From the NCBI GenBank assembly GCA_013239625.1, contig MU053379.1, forward strand, positions 1,780,866 through 1,844,865: a stretch of 64,000 nucleotides of DNA, given 5' to 3'. Shown here piece by piece: positions 11,901-23,042 of the stretch. Both the position numbers and the translations under genes were made by a program. The notes under the pieces are model-generated. The model was not told the DNA's origin, ran no database searches, and was given only the letters and a program-made list of their open reading frames with translations. This DNA is from Lama guanicoe (taxonomy: Eukaryota). The number at the start of each line of letters is the position of its first letter. Position 1 is the first letter of the stretch.

Positions 11901-14155
11901 ATGACTACTCCTGCTTTCTTCTTCTTAGTGTTCCCATGGTATATCTTTCTCCATCTTTTTATTGTTAACCTCTATGTATCTTCATATTTTAAATGTATTT
12001 CTTAGAGACAGGGTACAGTAAGTCTTGCTTTTTGATCCACTCTGACCACCTCTGTCTTTTATTTGGTATATTTAGACCATGGCGTTTAAAGGGGTTATTG
12101 AGACGGTTGAATTAAGACCTATCATATCTGCTATTGTCTTCTATTCATTTCTCTGTTTTTTGCCCCTGACTTTGTTCTCCATTCTGTTTCTGAGATTTGT
12201 GGGTTTTATCTAGCATTTTATTTGACTCAATTTTTTCCCATTTCTTGATGTATTCATTATACTTATTTTTGTGGTTGCTCTAGAGTTTGCAATATACATT
12301 TATAGCTAATCCAAATGCACTTTCAAGTAATGCTACCTTCCTTCAAAGTTACTGTAAATAACTTACATAATAACAAAATAATCCTAATTCTTACCCTTTG
12401 TCCCTGAAATCATTGCTCATTGCTGTCATTATTTAATATATAAATATATAACATAATCAAGTGCATTGTTGTTGTTATTTAATGAAATGTTGTCTGTTAG
12501 CTCAGTTGAGAATAAGAAAAATAAGAGTTTTCATTTTACCTTCACTTATTCCTTCTTTGATACTCTACCTTTCTTTGTATGAATCCAACTTTCTGATCTT
12601 TATCATTTTCCTTCTCTCTGAAGAACTTCTTTTAACATTTCTTGCTGAGCTAATCTACTGGGAACAAATTTCCTCAATTTCTGTTTGTCTGAAAAAAGTT
12701 CTTCTCCTACACTTTGAAGGACAATTCTGTAGTGTTCAGAATTCCAGGCTGGAGTGTTTTTCTTTCAACACTTTAAATGTATCGCACCACTCTCTTCTTG
12801 CTTGCATGGCTTCTGATGAGAAATCAGGTCTAATTCTTATCTATACTCTTGTATAGGTAAGGTTTTTTTATCTGCCTTCTTTCATATTTTTTCTTTATTT
12901 TTGATTTTCTAAAGTTTAAATATGTTATGCCCTAGATGTCATCTTGGTTTTTTTGTTTGTTTGTTTGTTTGTTTGTTTTGCATTTATCCTGCTTGGTGGT
13001 CTCTGAGCTTCTTGGATCTGTAGTTTGGTGTCTGACATTGCTCTGGAGGAAACTTTCAGTCATTGCTTCAAATATTTCTGGTCCTTTCTCTTTTTCTTAA
13101 GTCTCTATTGACATAACCTCAGATTCAGAGGTTCTTTCCTCGGCTGCGTCCAGGCATTCTTTATTCCTACTATAGTGTTTTCAATCTCTTGCATTTCTTT
13201 TTGATCCTTCCTTAGAATTTTCATCTCTCTGCTATGTGCCCATCTGTTCTGGGAAAGTCCTTACTGTATCCTGTCAGTTTGATTTTGATGCTTGCTCTGT
13301 CTCTTCAAATTGTATTTTTTTTTTTTTTGCCTTTCAGTATGTCTTGTCATTTTTTCTTAACAGTCAGACATGATGTACTGGGTAACCGTAACTGCAGTAA
13401 ATACGCCTTTCATAATATGGTGGTGAGGTGTCGGGGGAGGGGATTCTCTAGCCCTGTGATTAGACCTCAGTCTTTTGGTAAGCCTCTGCCTCTGAACTGT
13501 GACCATCATAAATGCTTCTCAGTGTCCCCTCCCTGATGTGTGACAGAATGGCTAGAGTGGGCTGGAGTTGGGGATTTCCCTTCTCCCACGTTGTTTAGGC
13601 TCTGATAAATCCTCAATAGTTTAGGCTCTGGTAAAATAATTTCTCTTGAGGACAAGCCTGATGAAGAAGAACAGAAGGCTCTATAATATTTCAGATGATT
13701 CCATTTCCCCTCCCCCTGCTGGAAGCAGGTGGAGATTTTTCTTCAATATCACCGTGGAGATCTGGTCAAGGTCCAGGAGGTAAAAAGCACAAAATTGTGA
13801 GTCCTCCTATGACTGTCTCACCCCCCTGGAGTTTTTAACTCAGACTTGCCCACCCTGAGCCTCCAGATTTCATCAATGACAGTTTTTATTTCCCTCCCCT
13901 GGAACCGGTTCCCTTGGAAGTTTGCGCTTAAGAGGTTTCTGCTCTGGAAGCTGATTTTCTGTGTTTGCCTGTCTATCTCTTTAATTTTGAGGGCAGCACT
14001 TTGCCCCGTGACCTCATTTCTCTAATGGATCTTAAAAGAGTTGTTGATTTTCCAGTTTGTTCAGCTGTTTGATTATGTTAAAGGACATAAGTAAAATTGT
14101 TAGGACAGAGTGACAACTTTCAATCTTAAATGCTGAACTGGAAACTGGAAGTCCT
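8975..14155 (-). mobile_element. Ancient LINE-1 (L1MC/L1MD-like) with 5'UTR, partial ORF1, inter-ORF region and most of ORF2, with internal deletions; 3'UTR absent
   Basis: Minus-strand ORF fragments PKFTQEEIGNLN, KINHLTFHIRKLEE...SRRKEIIK and DKLEFIKIKNFCFAKD are L1 ORF2; the 5' end (~13300-14155) resembles the 5'UTR of the + strand copy at 2590. Confidence 0.9.
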
Positions 14156-14159
14156 TATC

Positions 14160-17100
14160 TGTTTGGATTTCAAGATCAAGTTGTTAATTTCTGCAAAAGG
14201 GCAGCTGGAATTTTAATAAGTATTACATTAAATTTGCAGATCTACTTAAGAATATTGCCACCCTAACAATACTAAGTATTGCAATCCAGAAGCACAGGGT
14301 GTCTTTCCATTTCTTTTGGTGTCTTTAGTTTCTTTCAATGACGCTTTGTAGGTTTCTGTGGACTTGCTTTGCTGAATTTATTCCTAGCGTTTTATTCTTT
14401 TTGATACTGTTATAAATGGAATAGTTTTAAAATTTTATTCTCAAATTGTTTATTACGATGGTATGGAAATTCAGTTGATTTTTGTATGTTGATTTTGTAT
14501 CTTGCATCCTTGCTAAACTCATTCATTGGCTTTAATACTTTTTGTGCAGATTCCCACTAACAGAAATAGGTTTACTTTGTTCTTTTCCATCTGGTGCCTT
14601 TGATTACTTTTTCTTGCCTAATTGCCCTGGCTAGAACCTCCAGTACCACGCTGAATAGAAGTTTTGAGAGCACACATCCTTTTCTTGCTCCTAATCTTAG
14701 AGGGAAAACTTCTGTCTTTCACTATTATGATGTTTCATAGGTTCTTCATAGATGCCCTTTGTTGTTCTGAGGAAGTTCTCTTCTACTTGTAGTCTGTTGA
14801 GCATTTTTTTTTTATCATGAAAGGATGTTGGATATTTGTCAACATGTTTTTGGCACTAATAGAGGTGATCATGTGGAATGCTGTATTATTTGTTGACTTA
14901 CATGTTCAACCAATCCTGCATTCCTGGGATAATTTCCATTTGCTCATGGTGTATATTGTATGTCACTGGATTCAGACTGTTGGTATTTTGTTGAGGATTT
15001 TTCATCTGTATTCGTAAGTTTTTTTCCCCTGTGATGTTGTCTGGTTTTAGTATCAGAAAAATACTGGCCTCATAGAATGAATTGTAAAGTGTCCCCTCCT
15101 CTTCTATTTTTGTAAGAGTTTGTAAAGGACTCATTTAAATTTTTCCTTAAACATTTGGTAAAACTCATTTGTGAAGCCATCTGCTCCTGGGCTTTTCATT
15201 GTGAGAAGTTTCTTGATTACTAATTTGATCTCTTATTATAAGTCTATTCAGATATTTTATTTATTCTCGAGTCAGTTTTGGTGGTTTGTGCTTTTCTAAG
15301 AATTTGCGTATTTCACCTGGGTTATCCAATTTCTTGATACACACTTGTTCATCGTTTTTCCTCCTAATTTGTATTTCTGTGGGGCTGGTAGCAAAGTCAC
15401 CTCTTTTGTTCCTTATATTAGTAATTTGAGCCCTCTCATTTTGAGACTTCTGGTCAGTTTAGCTAAAAGTTTGTCAATTTGATCGATCTTCTCAAAGAAC
15501 AGCATTTTTAGTTTTATTGATTTCTCTCTTTTAACTTCACTTATTTCCACTCCAATCTTTATTATTTCTTCCATTCTTCTAGTTGAGTTTGCTCTTTTTG
15601 TTTTTTTGCAGTTTCATAAGGTAAGAGATTAGATTATTTATCTGATTTCTTTTTTAAAAAATATAGGTATTTACAGCTGTAAATTTCCCTGATGAGAAGT
15701 CAGTCACTAATCTTATTGAGGTGCCCTTGTATGTAATGAATCACTTCTCTCCTACTGCTTTCAATATTCTTTTTGTCTTTCAACACTTTAATTGTAATGT
15801 GTCTAGATGTGGATTTCTTTATGTTTATACTACTTGGAGTCAGTTGAACTTCTTTGACATGTAGAATAATATTTTCATCAAATGTAGGAAACTGTCAAAT
15901 ATTGTTTCTATTTGTTTCACTGTTATCCATCTGGGACTCCCATTATGCGTATGTTGGTACAGTTGATGATGTCGTACAGATCTATCATCTGTTCATAAGC
16001 CACTGTTCATTTTTCTTTATTTCTCTTTCTCAGACTAGATACTCTCAGCTGATATATCTTCAAGCTTGCTGATTTTTTTTCTCCCTCCTCAAATCTTCTG
16101 TTGAGACCCTCTAGTGAATTTTTCATTTCAGTTATGTACTTATCAACTCTGGAATATTGTTTAAAAATATATCTTTTTAACAGTAGTCTCTATTTGGTGA
16201 GACATAATTTTATATGTGTACTTTTTTTTTTTAGTTCCTTGGACATATTTTAAATCGTTGATCTAAAGTTCTTACCTAACGTGTCCAGTGTCTGGCTTCA
16301 TCAGGAAGAGTTTCTATTAACTGTACCCACCCCACCCCATTATGGGTCATACTTTTTTGTTGCTTTGCATGTTTCATAATTTTTCGTAGACAGTGTCCTA
16401 ATTTAAATAATGTGACAACTCTGAAAATCAGATTTCCCCCCTCCAGTTTGTTATTGTTGCTATTTGTTTTTTCACTGACTTTTCTGAACTAATTCTGTGA
16501 AGTCTGAATTCTTTGTCATGTGTGGCCACTGAAATCTCTGCTCACTTGCTGGTCAGCTGTAGTTGGACAGAGATTTCCTTAATGCCTGGAACCAACAGTC
16601 TCCTATTCTTTGCCAAGGGGCTCAGCTTGTGCTGGGATATGCTTCCGACACTCAGCTAGGCAGTTTACAGCTCTGTCTTATCCTTCTCTTCCTACATGTT
16701 CAGAGTTTCAGGTCAGTCAGAAGTGAGAACTTACGGACTTCCTGGGTCACTCCGCAGCATGGACACAGCTCTATGCGTGCATGCAGTCCTACATGTGTGT
16801 GGCTTTCCATATTCCCAGGAACACTAGGAGTTTTCAGAGCCCTCTAAGGACATGCCATTCTCTCTCTCTCTCTTTTCCTAAGCTTTTTAGTTAACTGAGT
16901 GTTTATCCCATCTGTTATTCACTGCCATAGGCAGCTATGATTTTAAACAATTGTCACTGATTGCTTTCAACAAATTTCCACAGGCAAAAGACTGTATTTA
17001 ATTAACTCTGAGTTAGGTCAAATAAAGAGAGGTCTTCCAGAGAACCACCAGGCATGTCAAATCATGACGTCTGCCCCTTCCAGTGGCTGCTCGGCTGCTT

Positions 17101-17370
17101 GTTGTCGCTGTGATTGTAGGCTGCTTGTTTTAAGGCTCCAGTGGAGCTGGGACATAGGGGTGGGAATAGAGCAAGTTAAAAATACTACAGGACTTGCTGT
17201 TCTTACTCAGCTTCAGTCATTTTTTTCTTGACTGACCAAATACCCCTCCCCCAAGTTTGCTGGTTAATTTCCAGAGCCCTGAAAAAGTTGATTCTAACCA
17301 TTTCCCCAATTTTCACATTGTTCTTATGGAGGGAAGAAGTTTTGGACAGATTCCCTTTACCATTCTTCGG
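14160..17370 (-). mobile_element. Second ancient LINE-1 (L1M-like): ORF2, ORF1 and 5'UTR remnants
   Basis: Minus-strand ORF 14898-15134 KIEEEGTLYNSFYEASIFLILKPD...IIPGMQDWLN (L1 ORF2 Z/RT region); ORF1/5'UTR-like sequence further right. Confidence 0.85.
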
Positions 17371-18539
17371 CTCATGGAACTCTAAAAAGTCGGTGAAACA
17401 TTGCCTATGTGAGATTTGGCAGCACAACAGAACATCTCCATAGTCATGTTACATGTGATGATTACTATAGTGAGGAAGTCACAGAGATCAAACGCCTGTA
17501 TGCCTGTGATCACAGGGCGAGTGGTTAGCAGTTCCTCCTACCAGAAAGCTGAAATCCCCTGATAACGGTACACCCTGTGAGTGATGATGTAATAGCTGTC
17601 TCTCTTAGAGAGAGGAAAGAAACTGAGGTTCTTGTAATTTGAGGAAAGAAAGGCACCAGGGCGTTATGACATTCTCGTAATCCTGCATATCAGTCGAAAA
17701 CCCAGAAATAGCTCCTGGTTCCTTTGGGCCCTGGTTTTGGCAAAATATTCACCCATAGTTCTAGAACCAGAGATTGTTGCTTAGGAAGGAATAAAAGTGA
17801 TCTGCATGTGGAGCAAGGGTCCCTTGTTGTAACTTCAGTGGATCTGATGTTTCTCTTAAATACAAAGAGAGAAGAGTGCATGTTTTAAGAACAAAACAGA
17901 GCACCTTTGACTCATAACGTTCTTTAAGTTGGTGGTCACCAATAGCATAATGCCAATTAGTCTGCCCAAAGACGTCTACATGAAACTCCTTCAAATAATC
18001 AAAGACAAAAATTCTATAGAAAGAATGTGCTAATGCTAATAAAATATGGATGACTTAAAAGTTAAAAATGTAATCTGTATCATTGTAAACACTGACCTCA
18101 GCTTGATTTGTGTGCTTTACTAACACTAGGTTTGGGATCATATAGGCATTTAGTTATTAGGTTTTCCCACTCTGAACAGCAGTTTTTTAAAGTTCTTTGA
18201 AAGGCACAATTCTAGGTGTCATAAGCCTTGATTCCTTGACTGGTAGACTCGTATCTATGGAGAGGTTGTGAAATCTTATCTAGGGGGGCTTGAAGCTGGG
18301 CGCTACACTTACATAAGTGGCTCCTGGGATTCCAAGATAGGCTAGAAATACAACATTTAGAGGGTCCTCTGCTGTCCTCTCCCCAGCACTGATTGCTTAT
18401 TATTTGAACACAGCTCCCCTCCCTTCTCAATTTCCATCTTACTCACACACACTAAAGTCTCCTCTAGTGTTTATTAAATACCTCAGGGAAGCGGTAAGTA
18501 ACTTTTTATAAAGTGGTTGAATAGCACAATAGTCATTGC

Positions 18540-19131
18540 TGTGGTCAAGATCTGCCAACGGGTGCTAAAATTAACAGCTGAAATTTTGAGGAGAAACAAG
18601 TTGACATAGTGTCAAAGTACCACCTCCCCAGATATTAACTCCAGATGAGCAAGGTTAACATCACCAGTAATAAGACATGTTGACATTCCAAACTCCTTGA
18701 TCTGATATACTCAGAGTCATCTCATTGACAAAAATTTATAACCAGACGCAAATCATGAGAAGACACTAGACAAACTTAAACTGAAGAACGCTCTACAAAA
18801 GAAACCATCAATACGCCTCAACAGGGTCAAGATATTGAAAGATAAGGAAAGACTGAAGAATTGTCAGAGACTGGAAGACATGAAGGAGAAATAATAACTG
18901 AATGCAGTGCGGGATCCTAGATAATTCTATCTGGAACAGAAAAATGACATAAGACATTTGAATAAGGTCTGTGTTTTAGTTAGAAGTATTGTTTCTGTGT
19001 TATTTTTATAGATTTGATTATCATACTGTAGGTATCCAAGGTGATAACCTTAGGGGAAGTTTCTGAGGGGTCTACAGGATCTCTGTGCTATTTCTGAACT
19101 ACTTTCTGTAAGTTTAAAATTAATTCAAAAT
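18540..19131 (+). mobile_element. L1MC4/L1MC5-like 3'UTR
   Basis: atcatgagaa...gacaaac...aaggaaagactgaagaattg...ctgaatgcagtgcgggatcctagat...actttctgtaagtttaaaattaattcaaaata, typical of L1MC 3' ends. Confidence 0.75.
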
Positions 19132-19132
19132 A

Positions 19133-19320
19133 GCGGAGAGGGTATAGCTCATTGGTAGAGTGTGTGTTTAGCATGCATGAGGTCCTGGGCTCAATCCCCA
19201 ATACTTCCATTAAAGACAAATAAATATATCAGTAAACCTAATTACCTCTCCCCCCAAAAAAGTCAAAAAAATTTTTTAAAGATTAAAAACAAAAAGTTAA
19301 AATAAAAAAAGTTCAAAAGA
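19133..19320 (+). mobile_element. tRNA-Ala-derived SINE (Vic-1-like), inserted at the L1 tail
   Basis: gagagggtatagctcattggtagagtgtgtgtttagcatgcatgaggtcctgggctcaatccccaatacttcca, then taaacctaattacctc and an A-rich tail. Confidence 0.92.
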
Positions 19321-19949
19321 AAAAGTTTCAAAAAATAAATTTTTGAACATATCAAAAGAATATTTTTTCTTTCTTTTTAATGATTTTTGTCATCCTACTC
19401 AAAATCTTGATATTTTAGGGCATAAGATTATAATGAGAATATGACTAATGCAGACTATGGGTGGAAACATTTTGAAAGAAAAGATAAAGTGTACCAATGT
19501 AAGGTTGTGTCCTCAAATTCTCCTGCTGTTTTTTCGAAGTTTAATACCCTGTTTTGTGTTTAAAATGCATTATATCCTGGTGGCGCTGTGAACTAACATA
19601 GTTTATGACAGGCGTGGGATTTAACTCAGAAATTCTTCTTTGGACTATTATCCAGAATGGAGGGGACTCGCTAATCACAGCTACACGTTTAATGATATGG
19701 CTGGAACTTTTATTCCTTAGGGACTTTAGAATCTGTTGGCTCGTAGACTACTTTACATGCTTAAACATTAGAAATTTGGTTTTGTTAGTTTTCCATATTT
19801 AAGAAGTGTTTAAAAGCAAATGAGACATGGAAAGTTGAACAAAATAAAATGGTGCCTGTAATCTTGAGTGTTGTAAACGGCAGTTAGCCATAAGGAGGGG
19901 GAGTTATGAAGTCTTACTCATCCCTCCAAGGGGAGATATCAACCAAGTC

Positions 19950-20105
19950 CACGCTGATCAATCTTTAACGTGTCTAGAAATCTGTGGATTTTGTTAAAAT
20001 GCAGATTCTGATTCAGCAGGTGCATGGTGGCTCTGAGATTCTGCACTTCTAACCAGTTCTCAGGAGATGCTCCTGTTCCATGGACAACATTTTGAGTAGT
20101 GAGGA
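19950..20105. mobile_element. MER5-like hAT-Charlie DNA transposon fragment
   Basis: ttgttaaaatgcagattctgattcagcaggt...gagattctgcacttctaacca... is characteristic of MER5A/B. Confidence 0.75.
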
Positions 20106-20119
20106 CCTAAGTGGCTGGA

Positions 20120-21010
20120 AAGGACGCGCTACGTGTGAGACCCGACCTCCCGAGGCACGCATTTTCAAAATGGATTTAGTTTTAAACAAACGAAAGATTT
20201 AAGTACCTTCGGGCAGTACGACTGATAGTAAAAACTGAGGAAATCTCTCCAATGAAACAAACTCAGGAGACGGAGTGCTGGAGGTGACGCACCGGTCACC
20301 TCGATGTCAGATACTGCCTGAACAGAAAGGCGGAAAGGAAAGAGATGGTGGCTTCAATCTGAGATGACGCTGCACCAGTCGAGGCGCAGGGTGGAAGGAA
20401 ACACCGCCCCACGAGCTTGTCCGCCACCGCCACCAGGGGGCGCGCCTCAATAGCGTTTCGAGGGCGGCGGTGTGGACCGTCCAGCTCTCCTTGGGCGGCG
20501 GGAGGCTGGGAATGCGGCGCTGTGCGGTGGGGCCATCGCACTGTTTCAGAACCTGACAGGGACTTGGGGATGGGGCGGGTGTGAACAGCTCTTAGGATGT
20601 GACACTGGCCGTTGAGCTGGGCTTGAATTGCAGTGGGTTCCAATCTGCCTTTAGGTTCCGGGTGTTGGGGAGGCGGGGTTGCTGTGATGACCCGCCCACG
20701 GAAAACACAGGGTTGATAACGTGCAAAGAGCCACCGACTTCGGCATCTCTTCCTTCTGAATGTTGTGTGTTTTCAGACCGCCTCCTTGCTGCAAACATCC
20801 TTCCGAGGAAGGGATGTCATCTTCTGGTTATCAGGGAGGGAACTGAGGCTCAGGGAAGAAAGGGCCCGCTCCTTAGATCTGCGGCCGACTTAGATGCTGA
20901 AGCCCCGCTTCCTGCGCGAGCCAGCAGAGGCCGGCCACCTGGGAGGGCTGCCCTCCTCCGACGTCCTGGGGGTCCTGAGGAAAGCCTGGGGTACAGGGCT
21001 CACTCAGACG
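20120..21010. promoter_or_regulatory. Small CpG-rich island (candidate promoter, enhancer or insulator)
   Basis: Abrupt rise in CpG density; TGACG half-sites (~20285, ~20364), GC boxes (ccgcccc 20404-20410; ggggcggg ~20572) and a CTCF core. Confidence 0.6.
20430..20443 (+). promoter_or_regulatory. CTCF binding motif
   Basis: CCACCAGGGGGCGC matches the canonical CTCF core consensus at all 14 positions. Confidence 0.75.
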
Positions 21011-21952
21011 GGCCTGAAGCCCTCCCAGCCCACCCAAGTCAAACCGTGTCAATGCCCCTCATTCAGGTCAGCTTGTCTTAACTTCTTACACATGAACAGA
21101 TTCTTTTAATTTTAATTTTCTTTATTTTTTAAATTGGAAAAATAAGACATGCTGAGGCCAGAAAAATAAGTCTAAAAATAAAAAGCAGTATAAAATAAAA
21201 AGTGAAAGTCACTCCTCATTCACTAACTCCACTCGAATCCCAGTCCCACCTCCAGAAGTGACCACTGCTGACCACACATACATTTATATTATTTAAATGT
21301 ATGTAAAAATAGGTTTATACAGAGAGTGGCACACACAGGTGATTTTGCTTAACTTTGCAAAAATGGCATGATGCAACTCATAATGCACTTGCTTTTGCCA
21401 CTTAAGATGCATATCATAGTCTACCAGGGTGAGGTTTTTGAAACTTAAAAATGATAAAACATTTTATAGATCTATTCTTTTGATTAAAAACACAGGATTC
21501 CTAGGCCTAATAGTCATACGTTCACAAAAATAAGCCCTCAGGCCCTCCTTGGGGTCTCCAGCTACACTCAGTAAGCATCCTGTCTGCCCAGGTTTGCGCT
21601 GACAAAATAAAGTTCGCGGGCTTTACATGTTTTCCTGCTCAATGATTCTGACAGAATGAATGAGCAAACTGCTCAAACTGTGACTACGTCATTTTTGTCC
21701 TCTAAGGATTTAAATTTTTAACCTCTTTATGATTTCCCTGGCTCTGGATTATTTTTTTTACGGGAATTTTTTTTTTTTAATAGCACTTATGTGAAACAGG
21801 AGACTGATACAGCCGTAACTTTAGGGTATGTTTATGTCCTCTCTCTCCCTCTCTATTTTTTTTCCCCCAAATACCTAAAAGGAGTCCATTAAAAATACTG
21901 ACAAAAAGGGGCTAGCAGATACATTTTTCTTTTAAGAGTTGCACTCCAGGCT

Positions 21953-22088
21953 GGGGAGAGGGTATAGTTCAAGTGGTAGAGCGCATGCTTAGGATACACA
22001 AGGTCCTGGGTCCAATCCCCAGTACCACCTTCAAAAATAAATAAAGCTAATTACCCCACCCCAAAATAAATCGAGTTTAAAATAAAAT
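21953..22088 (+). mobile_element. tRNA-Ala-derived SINE (Vic-1-like)
   Basis: ggggagagggtatagttcaagtggtagagcgcatgcttagg...gtcctgggtccaatccccagtacc; degenerate TSD agagttgcactccagg / agatttgtgctccaag. Confidence 0.92.
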
Positions 22089-22144
22089 AGATTTGTGCTC
22101 CAAGATCCACCAAGAACACACACCAAGCTGTCCCTCTGTCTACA

Positions 22145-22270
22145 ACAGCAGGTCTCAAGCTTTAACACAGAAGAACCCCCGGGTGTTTGTGAGCAATGCA
22201 GGTTTCCAGGGCTCCTGAATCCCATTTCCTCGGGATGGGCTGGGAACTGACGTTTCCAACAAGCCCCCTT
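22145..22270. mobile_element. Degraded MER5-like fragment
   Basis: cagcaggtctcaagcttt...aatgcaggtttccagggctcc...tttccaacaagcccc pattern. Confidence 0.45.
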
Positions 22271-22699
22271 GTACTTTTTCTGTCTGCCTGCGCTGGACTG
22301 AGAGGGTCCCCAGTGGTCCTGCCGCTGTCTGGGGGGAACATTTCCTGACAGTCCCTTCTACTTTCCTCTCAGTTGGAAGAAAAAGAGGACGGGAAGAATG
22401 GACAAGAAACGGGTTGTGCTTTTTCCATTAAAAGCTGCCTCCAAATTTTACGCACATCTTAGAAATTCTTCTAGGCTTGTCTTTAAAAGCCTGACCCCCC
22501 GATTTGCCAGTTGACCTGCTGTCCTGCAGTTACCCTTGGGTCGTGTAACCGGTTTGAGAAGCAACCCGTGGCTGTTTCAGTTTCAGCTGAAGTTCCTCCT
22601 AAAAGGAACCAATCTGGGAGGTCATTTGTCTCTGATCCAGCAGCAGTGGTTTGGTTATTCTTGGCTTACACGAAACTTGGAAGGGAACTGAAGCATCAG

Positions 22700-23042
22700 G
22701 TAGAAAACAACACACACCTACGCGGAGTGGAAGAGGAACAGTCGCAGCCCTGCACAGCCGCGCGGACGCCTCCCACAGTCACGGACCGAGCAAACGCGGC
22801 CTCCGCTCACCTTAAGTTCAAGGACGGGCACCAGTGACGCGTGGTGGGGAGAGGTGGGGAGAGGGGCTGTCTTCAAAGGGTGATCACCTGACGGGGGGGG
22901 GGTGCGGGGGTGGGGCGGGGAAAGTTCTAAGTCGGGATCTGGAACCCAAGTAGGTTGTATACACATGTACAAAGTCGTTGCGCTGAACACTTAAGCTGTA
23001 TGCGTGTTACTGTATGTAAATACATCTCAGTAAATTAAAAAG
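22700..23042 (+). mobile_element. Ancient L1 (L1MB/L1ME-like) 3' end, GC-enriched
   Basis: Ends in tatacacatgtacaaagtc...gctgaacacttaag...tactgtatgtaaatacatctcagtaaattaaaa, typical of an L1M 3' terminus. Confidence 0.65.

Noticed and set aside
17455..17626. Box C/D snoRNA-like motifs (GTGATGA at 17455 and 17581; CTGA at 17549, 17559 and 17623)
   Set aside because: Only a 4-bp offset terminal stem, no recognisable rRNA/snRNA guide and no + strand host gene here. A snoscan or Rfam search would settle it.
19133..19210. tRNA-Ala-like genes (also 8130-8205, 21953, 39020-39095, 58898)
   Set aside because: Each has a shared SINE tail and A-rich end, most have TSDs, and the stems are mismatched: SINE heads, not tRNA genes.
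19425..19520. Short frame WKHFERKDKVYQCKV, reminiscent of a BED zinc finger
   Set aside because: Second Cys and the His ligands are missing and the frame is short; likely chance.
19572..19590. Partial CTCF-like site tcctggtggcgctg
   Set aside because: The 5' half of the core is mismatched; too weak to call.
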